Below are positions 34,169 through 44,358 of a DNA stretch of 64,000 nt, in pieces. The first letter of the stretch is position 1. Every line of letters begins with the position of its first letter. A model generated the notes under the pieces. The model did not search any database and was not told the DNA's origin. It worked only from the letters and a program-made list of their open reading frames with translations. The translations under genes and the position numbers were made by a program. This stretch comes from Paludibacteraceae bacterium (GTDB taxonomy: Bacteria; Bacteroidota; Bacteroidia; Bacteroidales; Paludibacteraceae): positions 1,582 to 65,581 of the forward strand of contig JAZUHH010000027.1 of NCBI GenBank assembly GCA_045641625.1, in the 5' to 3' direction.

Positions 34169-34618
34169 ATGAAAGACCTTAAAGATCTTAAGATAGGTTT
34201 CGCTAACGACCACGCTGGCACTGAACTTAAGCAGTATTTGATGGAAGTCCTAAATGGTAAGGTTAAGGAGATCAAGAACTTCGGAACTGACACAACAGAC
34301 TCTTGCGACTATCCTGATTATGCCCATCCTTTGGCTGAGGCAGTAGAGAACGGAACTCTTGACCTTGGAATTGCAATTTGTGGTTCGGGAAACGGAATCT
34401 CTATGACTTGCAACAAGCATCAGGGTGTCCGCGCAGCTCTTTCTTGGGAGGTGGAGATTGCCAAGCTTGCACGCCAGCACAACAACGCAAATATCGTTGG
34501 TGTACCTGCTCGCTTTATCCCCAGAGAAAAGGCTTTGGATATTGTTATGGCTTTCCTTACAACTGATTTCGAAGGCGGTCGTCACGAGAAGCGCGTGGCA
34601 AAGATTGCTGTGAAATAA
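34169..34618 (+). CDS. rpiB: Ribose-5-phosphate isomerase B (RpiB/LacAB family)
   Basis: Motifs KIGFANDHAG, GIAICGSGNGISMTCNKHQGVRAAL and FEGGRHEKRV. Start at the ATG in MKDLKDLKIG. Confidence 0.85.
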   Translation: MKDLKDLKIGFANDHAGTELKQYLMEVLNGKVKEIKNFGTDTTDSCDYPDYAHPLAEAVENGTLDLGIAICGSGNGISMTCNKHQGVRAALSWEVEIAKLARQHNNANIVGVPARFIPREKALDIVMAFLTTDFEGGRHEKRVAKIAVK

Positions 34619-34716
34619 GAGAAACGTAGATTGACTAAGATTCCCAATTGTGTCAAATGATTAGCCAGTCAAAAACTAAAGACCAATACTAATACTAACT
34701 TTATAATAGGGTTTTT

Positions 34717-37629
34717 ATGAAACAGTTATACAGATCCATAATTGTAGCGATAGCTTCGGCTTCCCTGGCTACTGCATGGGCCGCTCCGTCTCCTGTATTC
34801 AAGGACGGTGACTTTGAAAAGGCACTATGGATGACAGGTCGTTTCTATGGAGCGCAGAGAAGCGGAGACTCGCACAACTGGCTTATTGCCAAGCATAAGG
34901 TCGGTTCTTACGACGGTACATCTTTCGTCAAGGATGCTGACGGAAGCTATGACCTTACAGGCGGTTGGTTTGATTGCGGAGACCATGTGAAGTTCGGACA
35001 GACTGAGTTCTATTCAGCCTATATGCTTGCCCTTGGTTATTCAGAATTCCCAAGCGGTTATAACGACTATTATTCTCAAGATTATAACGGCTATATTTCA
35101 GCAGACGACTATACTTGGGAGGGACGCAAGGGAAAGCCAAACGGAATTCCTGACATCCTTGACGAACTGAAGCATGCAACTGACTATTTCCAGAAGGTAA
35201 TCAGAGACAACAAGACTTTCTATTACCAAGTCGGTGACGGCGAGGCTGACCACCACCAATGGGTGACATCTGTAAAGATGAGTACTCTTGGTAATGGTGA
35301 TGGAGGAGAGTCAACTGGTTCGAGAAAGGTTTATTCGGGAAGCGGAAGCATGACTGACATGGCTTCTCTTTGTGGTGCTACACTTGCTGTAATGTCTCGT
35401 GTCTATAAGCCTTTCGATGCTGCATACGCTGCCAAATGTCTTGAAAAGGCGAAGCTCTGCCACGAACTCGTTTATGGAAATGCGTTGGGAAATACGGGTT
35501 CAGGTCCTTTCTATGGCGAAAAGGGAACTTTTTACCCAGATATGGTAGTTCTTAACATGGAGCTTTATCGTGCTACTAATGACAGCAAGTACTTGACTCA
35601 GGCAGAGGAGACTGCTTCCAAGTTCATGGACGGTTCAGATACATGGAACCATAACTGGACAATCTGCTACACTAAGGCGCATGACCTTGCATACTATCTG
35701 TTGGGTTCATATTCTGACGGCAAGTACAAGGCTATGGCTAAGAAATACCTTGATTCTTACGTAGAGATGTATAAGGGAAACAGGTCGGACTATCATTTAT
35801 TTGCAAAGAAAGATAATTGGGGTGTTCTTCGTTATCCTGCTGCCCAGGCATTCCTTTTTGGCCTATACGATAAAATGAATGGAACAGACGAACTTAACGA
35901 GTGGTCTTTGCGTACTATCGAGTACATCATGGGTTCAAACTCTCGCAAGTTCTCTTATATTGTCGGTTTCGGAGACAATTCCCCTAAGATGCCTCACCAC
36001 AGAAACTACTATGGTGACGACAACAACAACATGAAGGGATTGAGTGCTGATAAGTACGGAAGCAATTCATACAAATATCGTCAGTTTGGTTTCCTTGCCG
36101 GAGGTAGTATAGATGATGGCTACTACGATGAGGATCTTGACTCTTATGTCTATTCCGAGGGAGGTATTGACTACAATGCGGGACTTGTTTCTGCTTTGGG
36201 TTACATCGTGTCAAAGTTGAAGCCCGTTAATCCAAACCAGTTCGGTCATCCGTCTCCTGATCTAGGCAAGAGCAAGAGCATTTGTGGCCTTGACAAGTTG
36301 GAGCTTGACTCAAAGCTTGCTTCTGACGGCAAGAAGACATTTACTTGGACTCTTGACGGAGCAGAGGTTGCAAAGGGTACTGACAAGAACAAGTTTATTG
36401 CTACTAAGCCGGGTGTTTATGTCTGCAAGGTGGATTCTGCAGGTGAGTGGAGTTCAGAGGGTAGCGTAGAGATTACAGGTGTTATTCCGGCACAAGAGGA
36501 AACAATGTCTTACGAGCTATGTGCTGAGACATCGGCATCTCTTGCTCTTGGAATAGAGAGCGATGTATTCTCGTACAAATGGAGCAAGGATGGAGCTGTG
36601 ATTGACGGAGCAAAATCTTCGTCTTATGTTGCAACAAAGGGTGGCTCGTATGTCTGTACAGTTTCTGCAAAGAGTTGTACAGATGTGAACTATAAGTTCA
36701 ATGTAGAGAGCAAGTTGCCAGAGGTTAACGACACCAAGAACGGTGCAGGCGGAAAGGTTACCCTTGAGGTTCTTTCAGACGGCAGTGACTACGAGTGGTT
36801 CGACAAGGCTGATGGTGGAACTCTTCTTGGTACAGGAAAGACTCTTGACCTTACTATCAAGGAGAACACAACAGTCTATGTTCAGAGTGCAGGAAACGCT
36901 TCGTTTGTTGCTGGTCCTAAGTCATTCTCTGGAACATCTTTGGACAGAGGTGCTGTCTCGGCCAACTTCACAGCTCATAAGCCGTTCGTGATCGAAGGCT
37001 TTACTGTCGAGGTCAACAAGGTTTATTACCCTAGCATGCAGACAATAACAGCAGAGTTAAGCGGTGCCGCAAAGGGCGTTGCCACATTCCAAGCTGAGAT
37101 TACTAAAACTGGTGACATAGAGGTTAAGTTCGCAGAGCCTCTTGAAATCCCTGCTGCAGGAGACTATCAGTTGAAGGTTTCCCTTTCAAACGCGGCTCCT
37201 TCATATTATGATCTCGGCGAGGATTATTCAAAGTATCAGGGTGACAATTCAGTCCTTACATTCACAGGTGCTACTGAACAGAATATCGCAGGAGCATTCC
37301 CTGGAGTCAAGAACTGGCTGATTACTGCCGGCTCGGGTTGTGGAAGAGCAGAGGCTCATGCAATCTATGATGCTTTGGCAGCTTCATTTGAAGAGGTTTC
37401 TTCTGCTGTCTGTTCAATCTGGCCAAATCCTGCAACTGACATAATCAATGTTTCGGTTGCTGACGAGGAGATCGAGAGGGTAGAGATCGAGAACATGGAG
37501 GGAATTGTAGTTAAGGTTGTAACAGATGAGCCTGCAACAGTCAATGTGAGCGATCTTTATATGGGAGTTTACATTGTCAAGGCTACAACTGCAAACGGTG
37601 TTTATGTCGGCAAGTTCGTGAAGGAATAA
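34717..37629 (+). CDS. Glycoside hydrolase family 9 endoglucanase with Ig-like modules and T9SS C-terminal sorting domain (970 aa)
   Basis: GH9 signatures GGWFDCGDHVKFG and PHHRNYYG. Signal peptide present. C-terminus IWPNPATDIINVS..MGVYIVKATTANGVYVGKFVKE. Confidence 0.8.
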   Translation: MKQLYRSIIVAIASASLATAWAAPSPVFKDGDFEKALWMTGRFYGAQRSGDSHNWLIAKHKVGSYDGTSFVKDADGSYDLTGGWFDCGDHVKFGQTEFYSAYMLALGYSEFPSGYNDYYSQDYNGYISADDYTWEGRKGKPNGIPDILDELKHATDYFQKVIRDNKTFYYQVGDGEADHHQWVTSVKMSTLGNGDGGESTGSRKVYSGSGSMTDMASLCGATLAVMSRVYKPFDAAYAAKCLEKAKLCHELVYGNALGNTGSGPFYGEKGTFYPDMVVLNMELYRATNDSKYLTQAEETASKFMDGSDTWNHNWTICYTKAHDLAYYLLGSYSDGKYKAMAKKYLDSYVEMYKGNRSDYHLFAKKDNWGVLRYPAAQAFLFGLYDKMNGTDELNEWSLRTIEYIMGSNSRKFSYIVGFGDNSPKMPHHRNYYGDDNNNMKGLSADKYGSNSYKYRQFGFLAGGSIDDGYYDEDLDSYVYSEGGIDYNAGLVSALGYIVSKLKPVNPNQFGHPSPDLGKSKSICGLDKLELDSKLASDGKKTFTWTLDGAEVAKGTDKNKFIATKPGVYVCKVDSAGEWSSEGSVEITGVIPAQEETMSYELCAETSASLALGIESDVFSYKWSKDGAVIDGAKSSSYVATKGGSYVCTVSAKSCTDVNYKFNVESKLPEVNDTKNGAGGKVTLEVLSDGSDYEWFDKADGGTLLGTGKTLDLTIKENTTVYVQSAGNASFVAGPKSFSGTSLDRGAVSANFTAHKPFVIEGFTVEVNKVYYPSMQTITAELSGAAKGVATFQAEITKTGDIEVKFAEPLEIPAAGDYQLKVSLSNAAPSYYDLGEDYSKYQGDNSVLTFTGATEQNIAGAFPGVKNWLITAGSGCGRAEAHAIYDALAASFEEVSSAVCSIWPNPATDIINVSVADEEIERVEIENMEGIVVKVVTDEPATVNVSDLYMGVYIVKATTANGVYVGKFVKE

Positions 37630-37653
37630 GGCAGGACATTACATATTCTAACA

Positions 37654-37688
37654 AGAGGGACGCTTTCGGGCGTCTCTCTTTGTTTTTT
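37654..37688 (+). terminator. Rho-independent terminator of the GH9 gene
   Basis: agagggacgc-tttcgg-gcgtctctct forms a 10-bp stem with one G-U pair, followed by ttgtttttt. Confidence 0.65.
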
Positions 37689-37877
37689 GTAAACGCTTGC
37701 CCTTCGTTGAGACTCTACGATTTGCGGATTCAGCCTGGTTTGTGTTCGTAGTTGTTTTGCAGTTTTGTAAATACGTCTCTTTTTTCAAGCTGTCTCTTTT
37801 TATGCTTGTGCAGAGGGTAATGGGGAAAACCGAGTACAAACAAGCAAAAAATAATTGAAATATCTAAATATTATTCA

Positions 37878-37885
37878 TAACTTTG
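37878..37885 (+). promoter_or_regulatory. Bacteroidetes -7 promoter box (TAnnTTTG), extended TAACTTTGCCCCGA
   Basis: taactttg, 88 nt upstream of the gldE start. The same extended motif occurs at 48278. Confidence 0.45.
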
Positions 37886-37972
37886 CCCCGAATAATTTTC
37901 ATCGGCAACGAAATCATTGCCAAAAAGTATTTGCGTAGCAGATACATTATGTTGAACTAAATAAAAAAGAAT

Positions 37973-39295
37973 TTGGACTTATCATTGTTTTCAGATAGTG
38001 CAGAGGGACCTTACCCGAGTCAGGCGAGTGTGATACTTGCCCTATATATTATATGGATATTGCTTGGACTCTGCCTTGTATTTGTGTTCTCTTTTTGCGA
38101 ATACTCGCTTTTTTCTCTGACTTCGGGAGAAAAGGAGAAGCTTAAACAAACAAAATCTACAGAGTATCAGTCGGTAAAGCACTTGCTAAAGGACGAATTG
38201 TGGTCGTTGTCCGCAATTGTTACGGGTTACTATCTTAGCTGTCTGGGCGTTGTTATAGGTTTGATTCTATTGGTCCAGCATCTGTTGTCGGATGTTCTTT
38301 CCCAGACATCAGTTTTTGTGGTGGGCATTGTTGCTTCCTTTGCGCTGTTGGTGCTTGTCGGCGAGACTCTTGCCTCTAGGATCAGGCAGTCAAACAGCAG
38401 GAAGATGCTGATGCTATACCATTGTTCCCCCATTGTGAGGTTCTGCTCTTGGATTCTTTATCCGGTTGTCTGGCTTGCGGGTAAGACCACCTTCATGGAG
38501 AAGAGGCTGGAGTACAAGTGCCGCAGAGGTATTTCTATTGACGAGCTTTCTCACACTCTGCAGACTTCTTCGTTGAAGGACGGAGAGGAGAAGAACATTC
38601 TGGAAAGTATAGTCACTTTCGGTCAGATCTCCGTCGATGAAATCATGAAGCCGAGAGTAGAGGTTGTCGCAGTCGAGTCGCACGTCTCGTATGGCGATGT
38701 GCTGGAGATAATCAGGGAGAGCGAATACTCGCGTCTGCCTGTATATGACGGAACAATAGACAATGTAATCGGAATTCTGTACGTCAAGGATCTGCTTCCC
38801 CATATCAACGAGAACGCAGACTATGAGTGGCAGAAGTTTATCCGCGAACCGTTCTATGTTCCGGAGAGCAAGAAGATTGACGACCTGCTTCGCGAGTTCC
38901 AGCAGAAGCGCATGCACATAGCCATTGTGGTGGATGAGTTCGGAGGTACGTCGGGAATCGTGACTATGGAGGATATTCTTGAGGTCATATTCGGAGACAT
39001 AAACGATGAGCATGACACCGAGCAGAAGCTGTACTCGGAGCTTGACAAGCGCAACTATCTGTTTGACGGAAAACTGCAGCTGTCGGATTTCTTCAAGATT
39101 CCAAAGATAGACCTTGAAAAGTTCGAGGACATAGAGACAGACGCAGATACAGTCGCAGGTCTGATCCTTCAGTTGAGCGGCTCCATTCCCAAGGTAGGGG
39201 AGGAGATAGAGCATAACGGTTACGTGTTCAAGATCGTCTCTGTTGACAACAGACGAATAAAAAAGATTAAGTTGAGGCTCCCCGACAAGGAGTGA
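37973..39295 (+). CDS. gldE: GldE-type CNNM/DUF21-CBS-CorC membrane protein
   Basis: TM N-domain, CBS-pair region (VDEIMKPRVEVVAV..IAIVVDEFGGTSGIVTMEDILE) and CorC/HlyC C-terminus (GYVFKIVSVDNRRIKKIKL). gldD lies directly downstream. The start (TTG at 37973) is uncertain. Confidence 0.7.
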   Translation: MDLSLFSDSAEGPYPSQASVILALYIIWILLGLCLVFVFSFCEYSLFSLTSGEKEKLKQTKSTEYQSVKHLLKDELWSLSAIVTGYYLSCLGVVIGLILLVQHLLSDVLSQTSVFVVGIVASFALLVLVGETLASRIRQSNSRKMLMLYHCSPIVRFCSWILYPVVWLAGKTTFMEKRLEYKCRRGISIDELSHTLQTSSLKDGEEKNILESIVTFGQISVDEIMKPRVEVVAVESHVSYGDVLEIIRESEYSRLPVYDGTIDNVIGILYVKDLLPHINENADYEWQKFIREPFYVPESKKIDDLLREFQQKRMHIAIVVDEFGGTSGIVTMEDILEVIFGDINDEHDTEQKLYSELDKRNYLFDGKLQLSDFFKIPKIDLEKFEDIETDADTVAGLILQLSGSIPKVGEEIEHNGYVFKIVSVDNRRIKKIKLRLPDKE

Positions 39296-39314
39296 GACCA
39301 AGAGTTATAAAGCT

Positions 39315-39884
39315 ATGAATAGATTTGTTACATATTTGTTTGTCCTTTGCGTTGCCATGCTGACAAGCTGCGGAGAGTATATGCCCAAGCCAAGAGGCTA
39401 TTTCCGTATCACTCTGCCTGACAAGGAGTACGTGAAGTATGCCGAGAACGGCTTCCCATACGGCTTCGAGATTGCAAATGTGTCTAAGGTCGAGAAGCAC
39501 GCGACAACAGACGATCCATATTGGGTGGACGTAGTCTATCCTACGCTCAACGCAAAGATTTATTGCAGCTACAAGCCGGTGAAGAACAACCTTCACGAGA
39601 TAACTGAGGATGCGCGAAACTTCGTGTATAAGCACACTTCAAAGGCTGACGACATTACTGAGCAGCCCTACGCAAACGACAGCCTTCATGTGTATGCAAT
39701 GCTGTACGAACTGAAGGGGAACACAGCGTCGAACATTCAGTTTGTCGCTACTGACAGCGTCAGGCATTTCTTTCGCGGAGCCTTGTATTTCAACAATACT
39801 CCGAACAAGGATTCCATAGCTCCTGTTCAGCAGTTTGTGCGTGAGGACATTATCCACATAATCGAGACATTGGAATGGAAGTAA
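39315..39884 (+). CDS. gldD: Gliding-motility lipoprotein GldD
   Basis: Lipobox LCVAMLTSCG followed by the characteristic MPKPRGYFRITLPDKEY; 189 aa. Confidence 0.7.
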   Translation: MNRFVTYLFVLCVAMLTSCGEYMPKPRGYFRITLPDKEYVKYAENGFPYGFEIANVSKVEKHATTDDPYWVDVVYPTLNAKIYCSYKPVKNNLHEITEDARNFVYKHTSKADDITEQPYANDSLHVYAMLYELKGNTASNIQFVATDSVRHFFRGALYFNNTPNKDSIAPVQQFVREDIIHIIETLEWK

Positions 39885-41566
39885 AGAATATAAAGAGGAT
39901 AGTCGAACCGATAGTTGTGGTATTGGCACTTCTGTTTGTGTATTTCGTCTCTTCGTCGCATTTCTTCAGACTTGACTTGACTGAAGAGAAGCGCTACAGC
40001 ATAAGCGACAACACAAAGGAACTGCTTTCCAACCTGGACGACAAGGTTGAAGTGACAGTTTATCTGGATGGAGACTTGAATTCAGGATTCCTTCAGCTGA
40101 AGAAGGCTACGAAGGAGATGCTTGACGAGTTCAAGGTCTATGCAGATGACAAGCTTGTGTATAAGTTCGAGAACCCTGCCGATGCAAAATCCGCAAAGGC
40201 AAGAGAGAAGAAGTTCGCCGAACTGGAGAGCAGAGGCTTGAGAAGAATTCCCGTCTATGACAAGGATGCAGAGGGAAATCCAATCATGAGAGTTGTGTTC
40301 CCGTGGGCGGAAATCAAGGTCAAGAACTCCCGTCGTGCTGTAAACCTTTTGAAGAATATACCTGGCCGCAGTGCAGAGGAGAACCTGAACATGTCGGCGC
40401 AGAACCTTGAGTACGAGCTTACAAACGCATTGCGAGTTCTTACTGTCAAGGAAGTAACAAAGGTAGCTTTCCTTGAAGGCCACGGCGAATTGAACGAAGC
40501 CTATACATATTCGATAGCCGAGACTTTGAGGGAATACTACCAGATTGACTACGGAAGTATCATAGAGAGTCCTGATGAACTTGACGGATATGCCGCAATG
40601 ATTGTGGCTGGACCAACTCAGAAGTTCTCTGAGAAGGACAAGTATGTGCTTGACCAGTATCTGATGAAGGGAGGAAAGATATTGTGGCTGGTTGACGGAG
40701 CCAGAGTCGCTCTGGACAGTCTGACTACGGCAAGCGAGACCGCGAGCATTCCGCTTGATGTGAACTTGTCTGACCAGCTGTTCCGTTATGGAGTACGAAT
40801 TAACCCTGTGCTTCTTCAGGATGTCCAGTGTACGAAGATTCCTGTGAATATGTCGAGAGAGGGTGACCAGCCTGACTTCAAGCCTGTCCCTTGGTATTAC
40901 TCGCCGCTGCTTCTTGCCAATCCGTACCACTCGGTCTCAAAGAGCATTACACCGGTAAAGACTCAGTTTGCCAGCTCATTAGATTTTGTCGGTGACAGCA
41001 CAAAGCTAAGAAAGACTGAACTTCTTGTGACAAGCGCAAGCACCCACATTCAGAATGTGCCTTCGATAGTGAGCATGAAAATCATAGAGGTGGAGAAGAC
41101 AGGCTATTACTTCAACCGCAGAAACCAGATCGTGGCCGCAGCAATCGAGGGAGAGTTCACTTCTGTATTCAAGAACAGAATGATTCCTCAGGGAGTCAAG
41201 ACAAACGTAAAGACTATCGAGCAGAGCAAGCCGACAAAGATAATTGTAGTGGCGGATGCCGATGTAATAAAGAACGATGTCCAGGGCTACGGGGAAAACT
41301 TCATGCCTGTCAAGCTGGGCTATGACAACTACATGAACCAGCAGTTCGGCAACAGTGACTTCGTGCTTAACGCTGTGAACTATCTGACTGACGACAGCGG
41401 ATGGATGGAGCTTCGCGGCAGAGAGATAAAGTTGAGGCTTCTGAACAAGGCTTACACAATCGGCCAGAGAACATTCTGGCAGGTGTTCAATGTAGCTCTG
41501 CCTCTTGTCCTGCTAGCTATTTTCGGAGTAATATATCTGATCTGGAGAAAGAGAAGATACGCATAA
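39875..41566 (+). CDS. gldG: GldG-family ABC-transport auxiliary protein
   Basis: N- and C-terminal TM anchors. FFRLDLTEEKRYSISDNTKELL..VEVTVYLDG is typical of GldG. It overlaps gldD by 10 nt. Confidence 0.7.
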   Translation: MEVKNIKRIVEPIVVVLALLFVYFVSSSHFFRLDLTEEKRYSISDNTKELLSNLDDKVEVTVYLDGDLNSGFLQLKKATKEMLDEFKVYADDKLVYKFENPADAKSAKAREKKFAELESRGLRRIPVYDKDAEGNPIMRVVFPWAEIKVKNSRRAVNLLKNIPGRSAEENLNMSAQNLEYELTNALRVLTVKEVTKVAFLEGHGELNEAYTYSIAETLREYYQIDYGSIIESPDELDGYAAMIVAGPTQKFSEKDKYVLDQYLMKGGKILWLVDGARVALDSLTTASETASIPLDVNLSDQLFRYGVRINPVLLQDVQCTKIPVNMSREGDQPDFKPVPWYYSPLLLANPYHSVSKSITPVKTQFASSLDFVGDSTKLRKTELLVTSASTHIQNVPSIVSMKIIEVEKTGYYFNRRNQIVAAAIEGEFTSVFKNRMIPQGVKTNVKTIEQSKPTKIIVVADADVIKNDVQGYGENFMPVKLGYDNYMNQQFGNSDFVLNAVNYLTDDSGWMELRGREIKLRLLNKAYTIGQRTFWQVFNVALPLVLLAIFGVIYLIWRKRRYA

Positions 41567-41601
41567 TCAAGAGAGAATTATCATATAAAACCAATAAAGA
41601 A

Positions 41602-41883
41602 ATGTTTAAGACAAACGAGTATTTCGACGGCAAGGTGATGAGCATCGGCCTAGAAAGTGCAGAGGGACGCGCAACTATCGGCGTAATGGAAAAGGGTGAG
41701 TATGAGTTCGGTACTTCGACTATCGAAATCATGACTGTAACTTCTGGAAAGCTTCAGGTTATGATGCCAGGAGAGACAGAGTGGAAGACTTACAAGAAGT
41801 TCGAGACTTTCGTAGTCGAGAAAGGTGTAAAGTTCCGCTGCAAGGCTGAGGAGGACACTCCATATCTTTGCCTTTACAAGTAG
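41602..41883 (+). CDS. ppnP: Pyrimidine/purine nucleoside phosphorylase PpnP (DUF1255)
   Basis: 94 aa, MFKTNEYFDGKVMSIG..GEYEFGTS..E.MTVTSG. The ATG at 41602 is in the frame of track ORF 41401. Confidence 0.75.
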   Translation: MFKTNEYFDGKVMSIGLESAEGRATIGVMEKGEYEFGTSTIEIMTVTSGKLQVMMPGETEWKTYKKFETFVVEKGVKFRCKAEEDTPYLCLYK

Positions 41884-41906
41884 AATTTATTTTCATTTTA
41901 CAAAAA

Positions 41907-41936
41907 AATGGAGGACATTATCGTTCTCCATTTTTC
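41907..41936 (+). terminator. Rho-independent terminator of ppnP
   Basis: aatggag-(12-nt loop)-ctccatt followed by ttt. Confidence 0.55.
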
Positions 41937-41970
41937 GTTTTTTGTCTGCGTCTGATTAAACTTTTTTTTA

Positions 41971-41978
41971 TAATTTTG
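41971..41978 (+). promoter_or_regulatory. Bacteroidetes -7 promoter box (TAnnTTTG) for hisS
   Basis: taattttg, 25 nt upstream of the ATG at 42003. Confidence 0.5.
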
Positions 41979-42002
41979 CACCAAATTTGAAATAACAAGA
42001 TT

Positions 42003-43370
42003 ATGGCAGTAAATAAACCTTCTATTCCAAAAGGTACAAGAGACTTCTCGCCGCTTGAAATGGCAAGAAGAAACTATATTTTTGACACTATACGCAGCGT
42101 CTTTCGTCTATACGGATTCCAGCAGATTGAGACTCCGGCTATGGAGAACCTTTCCACTTTGATGGGAAAGTATGGAGACGAGGGAGACAAGTTGCTTTTC
42201 AAGATCCTTAATTCGGGTGAGTTCCTTTCTTCTGTCGAGCAGGCTGACCTTGAAAACAGAGCCCAGAGCAAGGTCTTGAAGCAGATTTCAGAGAAGGGAC
42301 TTCGCTATGACCTTACTGTTCCTTTCGCTCGTTTCGTAGTGATGAACAGGGACAAGATTTCTTTCCCTTTCAAGCGTTACCAGATTCAGCCGGTATGGAG
42401 AGCTGACAAGCCGCAGAAGGGAAGATATCGTGAGTTCTATCAGTGCGACGTAGATATCGTCGGCTCGACTTCCCTTATCAACGAGGTGGAGCTTCTTCAG
42501 ATTACAGACGAGGTTTACCGCAGACTTAACATCAATGTTGTCGTAAAGATCAACAACCGCAAGATTCTTGCCGGTATTGCGGAAAGCATCGGCGAGGCAG
42601 ACAAGATCGTTGACATCACTGTAGCCATTGACAAACTTGACAAGATAGGTCTTGACAACGTGAACGCAGAGCTTTCTTCAAAGGGTATTTCTGACGATGC
42701 AATAGCAAAGCTTCAGCCTATCATTACGCTAAGCGGAACTAACGAGGAGAAACTTGAGACTATATCAAAGGTGCTTTCAGGTTCAGAGATAGGCCAGAAG
42801 GGAATAGAGGAGATGAAGACAATCTTCTCTTACACTAATGCCCTTAATTTGGCTACTCCTATCGAGCTTGACTTAACACTTGCCCGTGGTTTGAACTATT
42901 ATACAGGTGCAATTTTCGAGGTTAAGGCTTTGGATGTGCAGATTGGCTCAATCACCGGCGGAGGAAGGTACGACAACCTGACAAGCGTGTTCGGAATGCC
43001 TGACGTGTCAGGTGTCGGTATTTCGTTCGGAGCAGACAGAATCTATGACGTAATGACTCAGCTTGACCTGTATCCTTCGGATGCTTTGCGCTCGACAAAA
43101 CTTCTTTTCGTGACATTCGGAGACAAGGAGTTGTCTTTTGCAATCAGCAAGATTCGCGAGGTTAGAGCAGCCGGCATCTCTGCAGAGGTTTACCCGGAGC
43201 CTGCTAAGATGAAGAAGCAGATGGGCTATGCTGACTCTCGTGCAATTCCTTTCGTTGCTATCGTTGGAGAGACTGAGATGGCAGAAAACAAGGTAATGCT
43301 AAAGAATATGGCTACAGGCGAGCAGAAGCTTGTAAGTATAGACGAGGCAATTTCAATTGTAAAGGCTTAA
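42003..43370 (+). CDS. hisS: Histidine--tRNA ligase
   Basis: Class II motifs [19 protein letters not shown] and GGGRYDNL, plus a C-terminal anticodon-binding domain. Confidence 0.9.
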   Translation: MAVNKPSIPKGTRDFSPLEMARRNYIFDTIRSVFRLYGFQQIETPAMENLSTLMGKYGDEGDKLLFKILNSGEFLSSVEQADLENRAQSKVLKQISEKGLRYDLTVPFARFVVMNRDKISFPFKRYQIQPVWRADKPQKGRYREFYQCDVDIVGSTSLINEVELLQITDEVYRRLNINVVVKINNRKILAGIAESIGEADKIVDITVAIDKLDKIGLDNVNAELSSKGISDDAIAKLQPIITLSGTNEEKLETISKVLSGSEIGQKGIEEMKTIFSYTNALNLATPIELDLTLARGLNYYTGAIFEVKALDVQIGSITGGGRYDNLTSVFGMPDVSGVGISFGADRIYDVMTQLDLYPSDALRSTKLLFVTFGDKELSFAISKIREVRAAGISAEVYPEPAKMKKQMGYADSRAIPFVAIVGETEMAENKVMLKNMATGEQKLVSIDEAISIVKA

Positions 43371-43374
43371 TCCC

Positions 43375-44298
43375 ATGAGGTTTCATTTCGCACCGCTACA
43401 GGGATTCACTGACTCTACTTTCCGTCAGCTTCACCATGATCTATATGGTGGGGTAGATGTCTATTACACTCCTTTTTTGAGAGTGGAGAGAGGCGAGTTC
43501 CGCAGAAGAGACATTCGTGAACTGCCAACCGAAGAATCATATACAGTTCCCCAGATCATAGGTACTGACAAGGTTGACGAGATAAAGATGATGACTGACA
43601 TGCTCGTCGAAAAGGGTTTCAAGGAGATAAATGTAAACCTTGGCTGTCCGTTTCCATTGATTGTCCGTAAGGGAATGGGAAGCGGTATGCTCCCTTATCC
43701 TGACAGGGTAAAGGCAATGTTCGATGCGATGCGTGAGTACACTGACGTGAAGTGGAGTTTGAAGATTCGTCTTGGTCTTGAGGATGCTGGTGAGATTGAT
43801 TCGCTTCTGCCTATGATAAATGATTTCCCGTTCTCCGAAGTTACTCTCCATCCAAGAGTCGGCAAGGCGGGATATTCGGGAGAGATTGACTATGACGCTT
43901 TCGGCAGGTTTGTCGAGACTTGCTCGCATCCCGTAGTATATAACGGAGAGGTCAAGACAGCAGAAGATATTGAGATGATTCAGAAAAGATTCCCTAATAT
44001 CTCCGGAATAATGATAGGAAGAGGTCTTTTGGAGCGTCCGGAGTTTGTTGCCGAGTATGTGAACAAGACAGAGCTAACAGTCAGCGAGAGAAAGACGAAA
44101 CTCAAGCAGCTTATGAACAAGATGATAGAAATTTCCGTGGAGAGAATGAACGGTGACGATCAGGCTCTCGCCCACATCCGTGAGTATTGGAACTACATCT
44201 ATCCGGATGCTGAGAAGCGTTTGCGCAAGAAGGTTATCAAGGCAAATACTGTGGCAAAGATGAAGATGGCTATGGCTGAGTTCATAGCTGAACTATAA
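43375..44298 (+). CDS. tRNA-dihydrouridine synthase family protein
   Basis: FAPLQGFTD and EINVNLGCP (compare the Dus patterns APMxGxTD and IDxNxGCP), with TIM-barrel length. Confidence 0.65.
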   Translation: MRFHFAPLQGFTDSTFRQLHHDLYGGVDVYYTPFLRVERGEFRRRDIRELPTEESYTVPQIIGTDKVDEIKMMTDMLVEKGFKEINVNLGCPFPLIVRKGMGSGMLPYPDRVKAMFDAMREYTDVKWSLKIRLGLEDAGEIDSLLPMINDFPFSEVTLHPRVGKAGYSGEIDYDAFGRFVETCSHPVVYNGEVKTAEDIEMIQKRFPNISGIMIGRGLLERPEFVAEYVNKTELTVSERKTKLKQLMNKMIEISVERMNGDDQALAHIREYWNYIYPDAEKRLRKKVIKANTVAKMKMAMAEFIAEL

Positions 44299-44318
44299 TA
44301 GCCGCAAACATAGAATTT

Positions 44319-44356
44319 AATAGGCAGTGCGTAATTTAGCGCACTGCCTATTTTGC
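44319..44356. terminator. Bidirectional hairpin terminator between convergent genes
   Basis: aataggcagtgcg / cgcactgcctatt form a 13-bp perfect stem, followed by ttgctttt. Confidence 0.7.
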
Positions 44357-44358
44357 TT

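Noticed and set aside
38414-40930. 295-aa (38414..39301, -) and 282-aa (40082..40930, -) ORFs.
   Set aside because: They are antisense to gldE and gldG respectively, both of which have clear family motifs and consistent operon structure. The antisense translations are Leu/Val/Arg-rich with no motifs.
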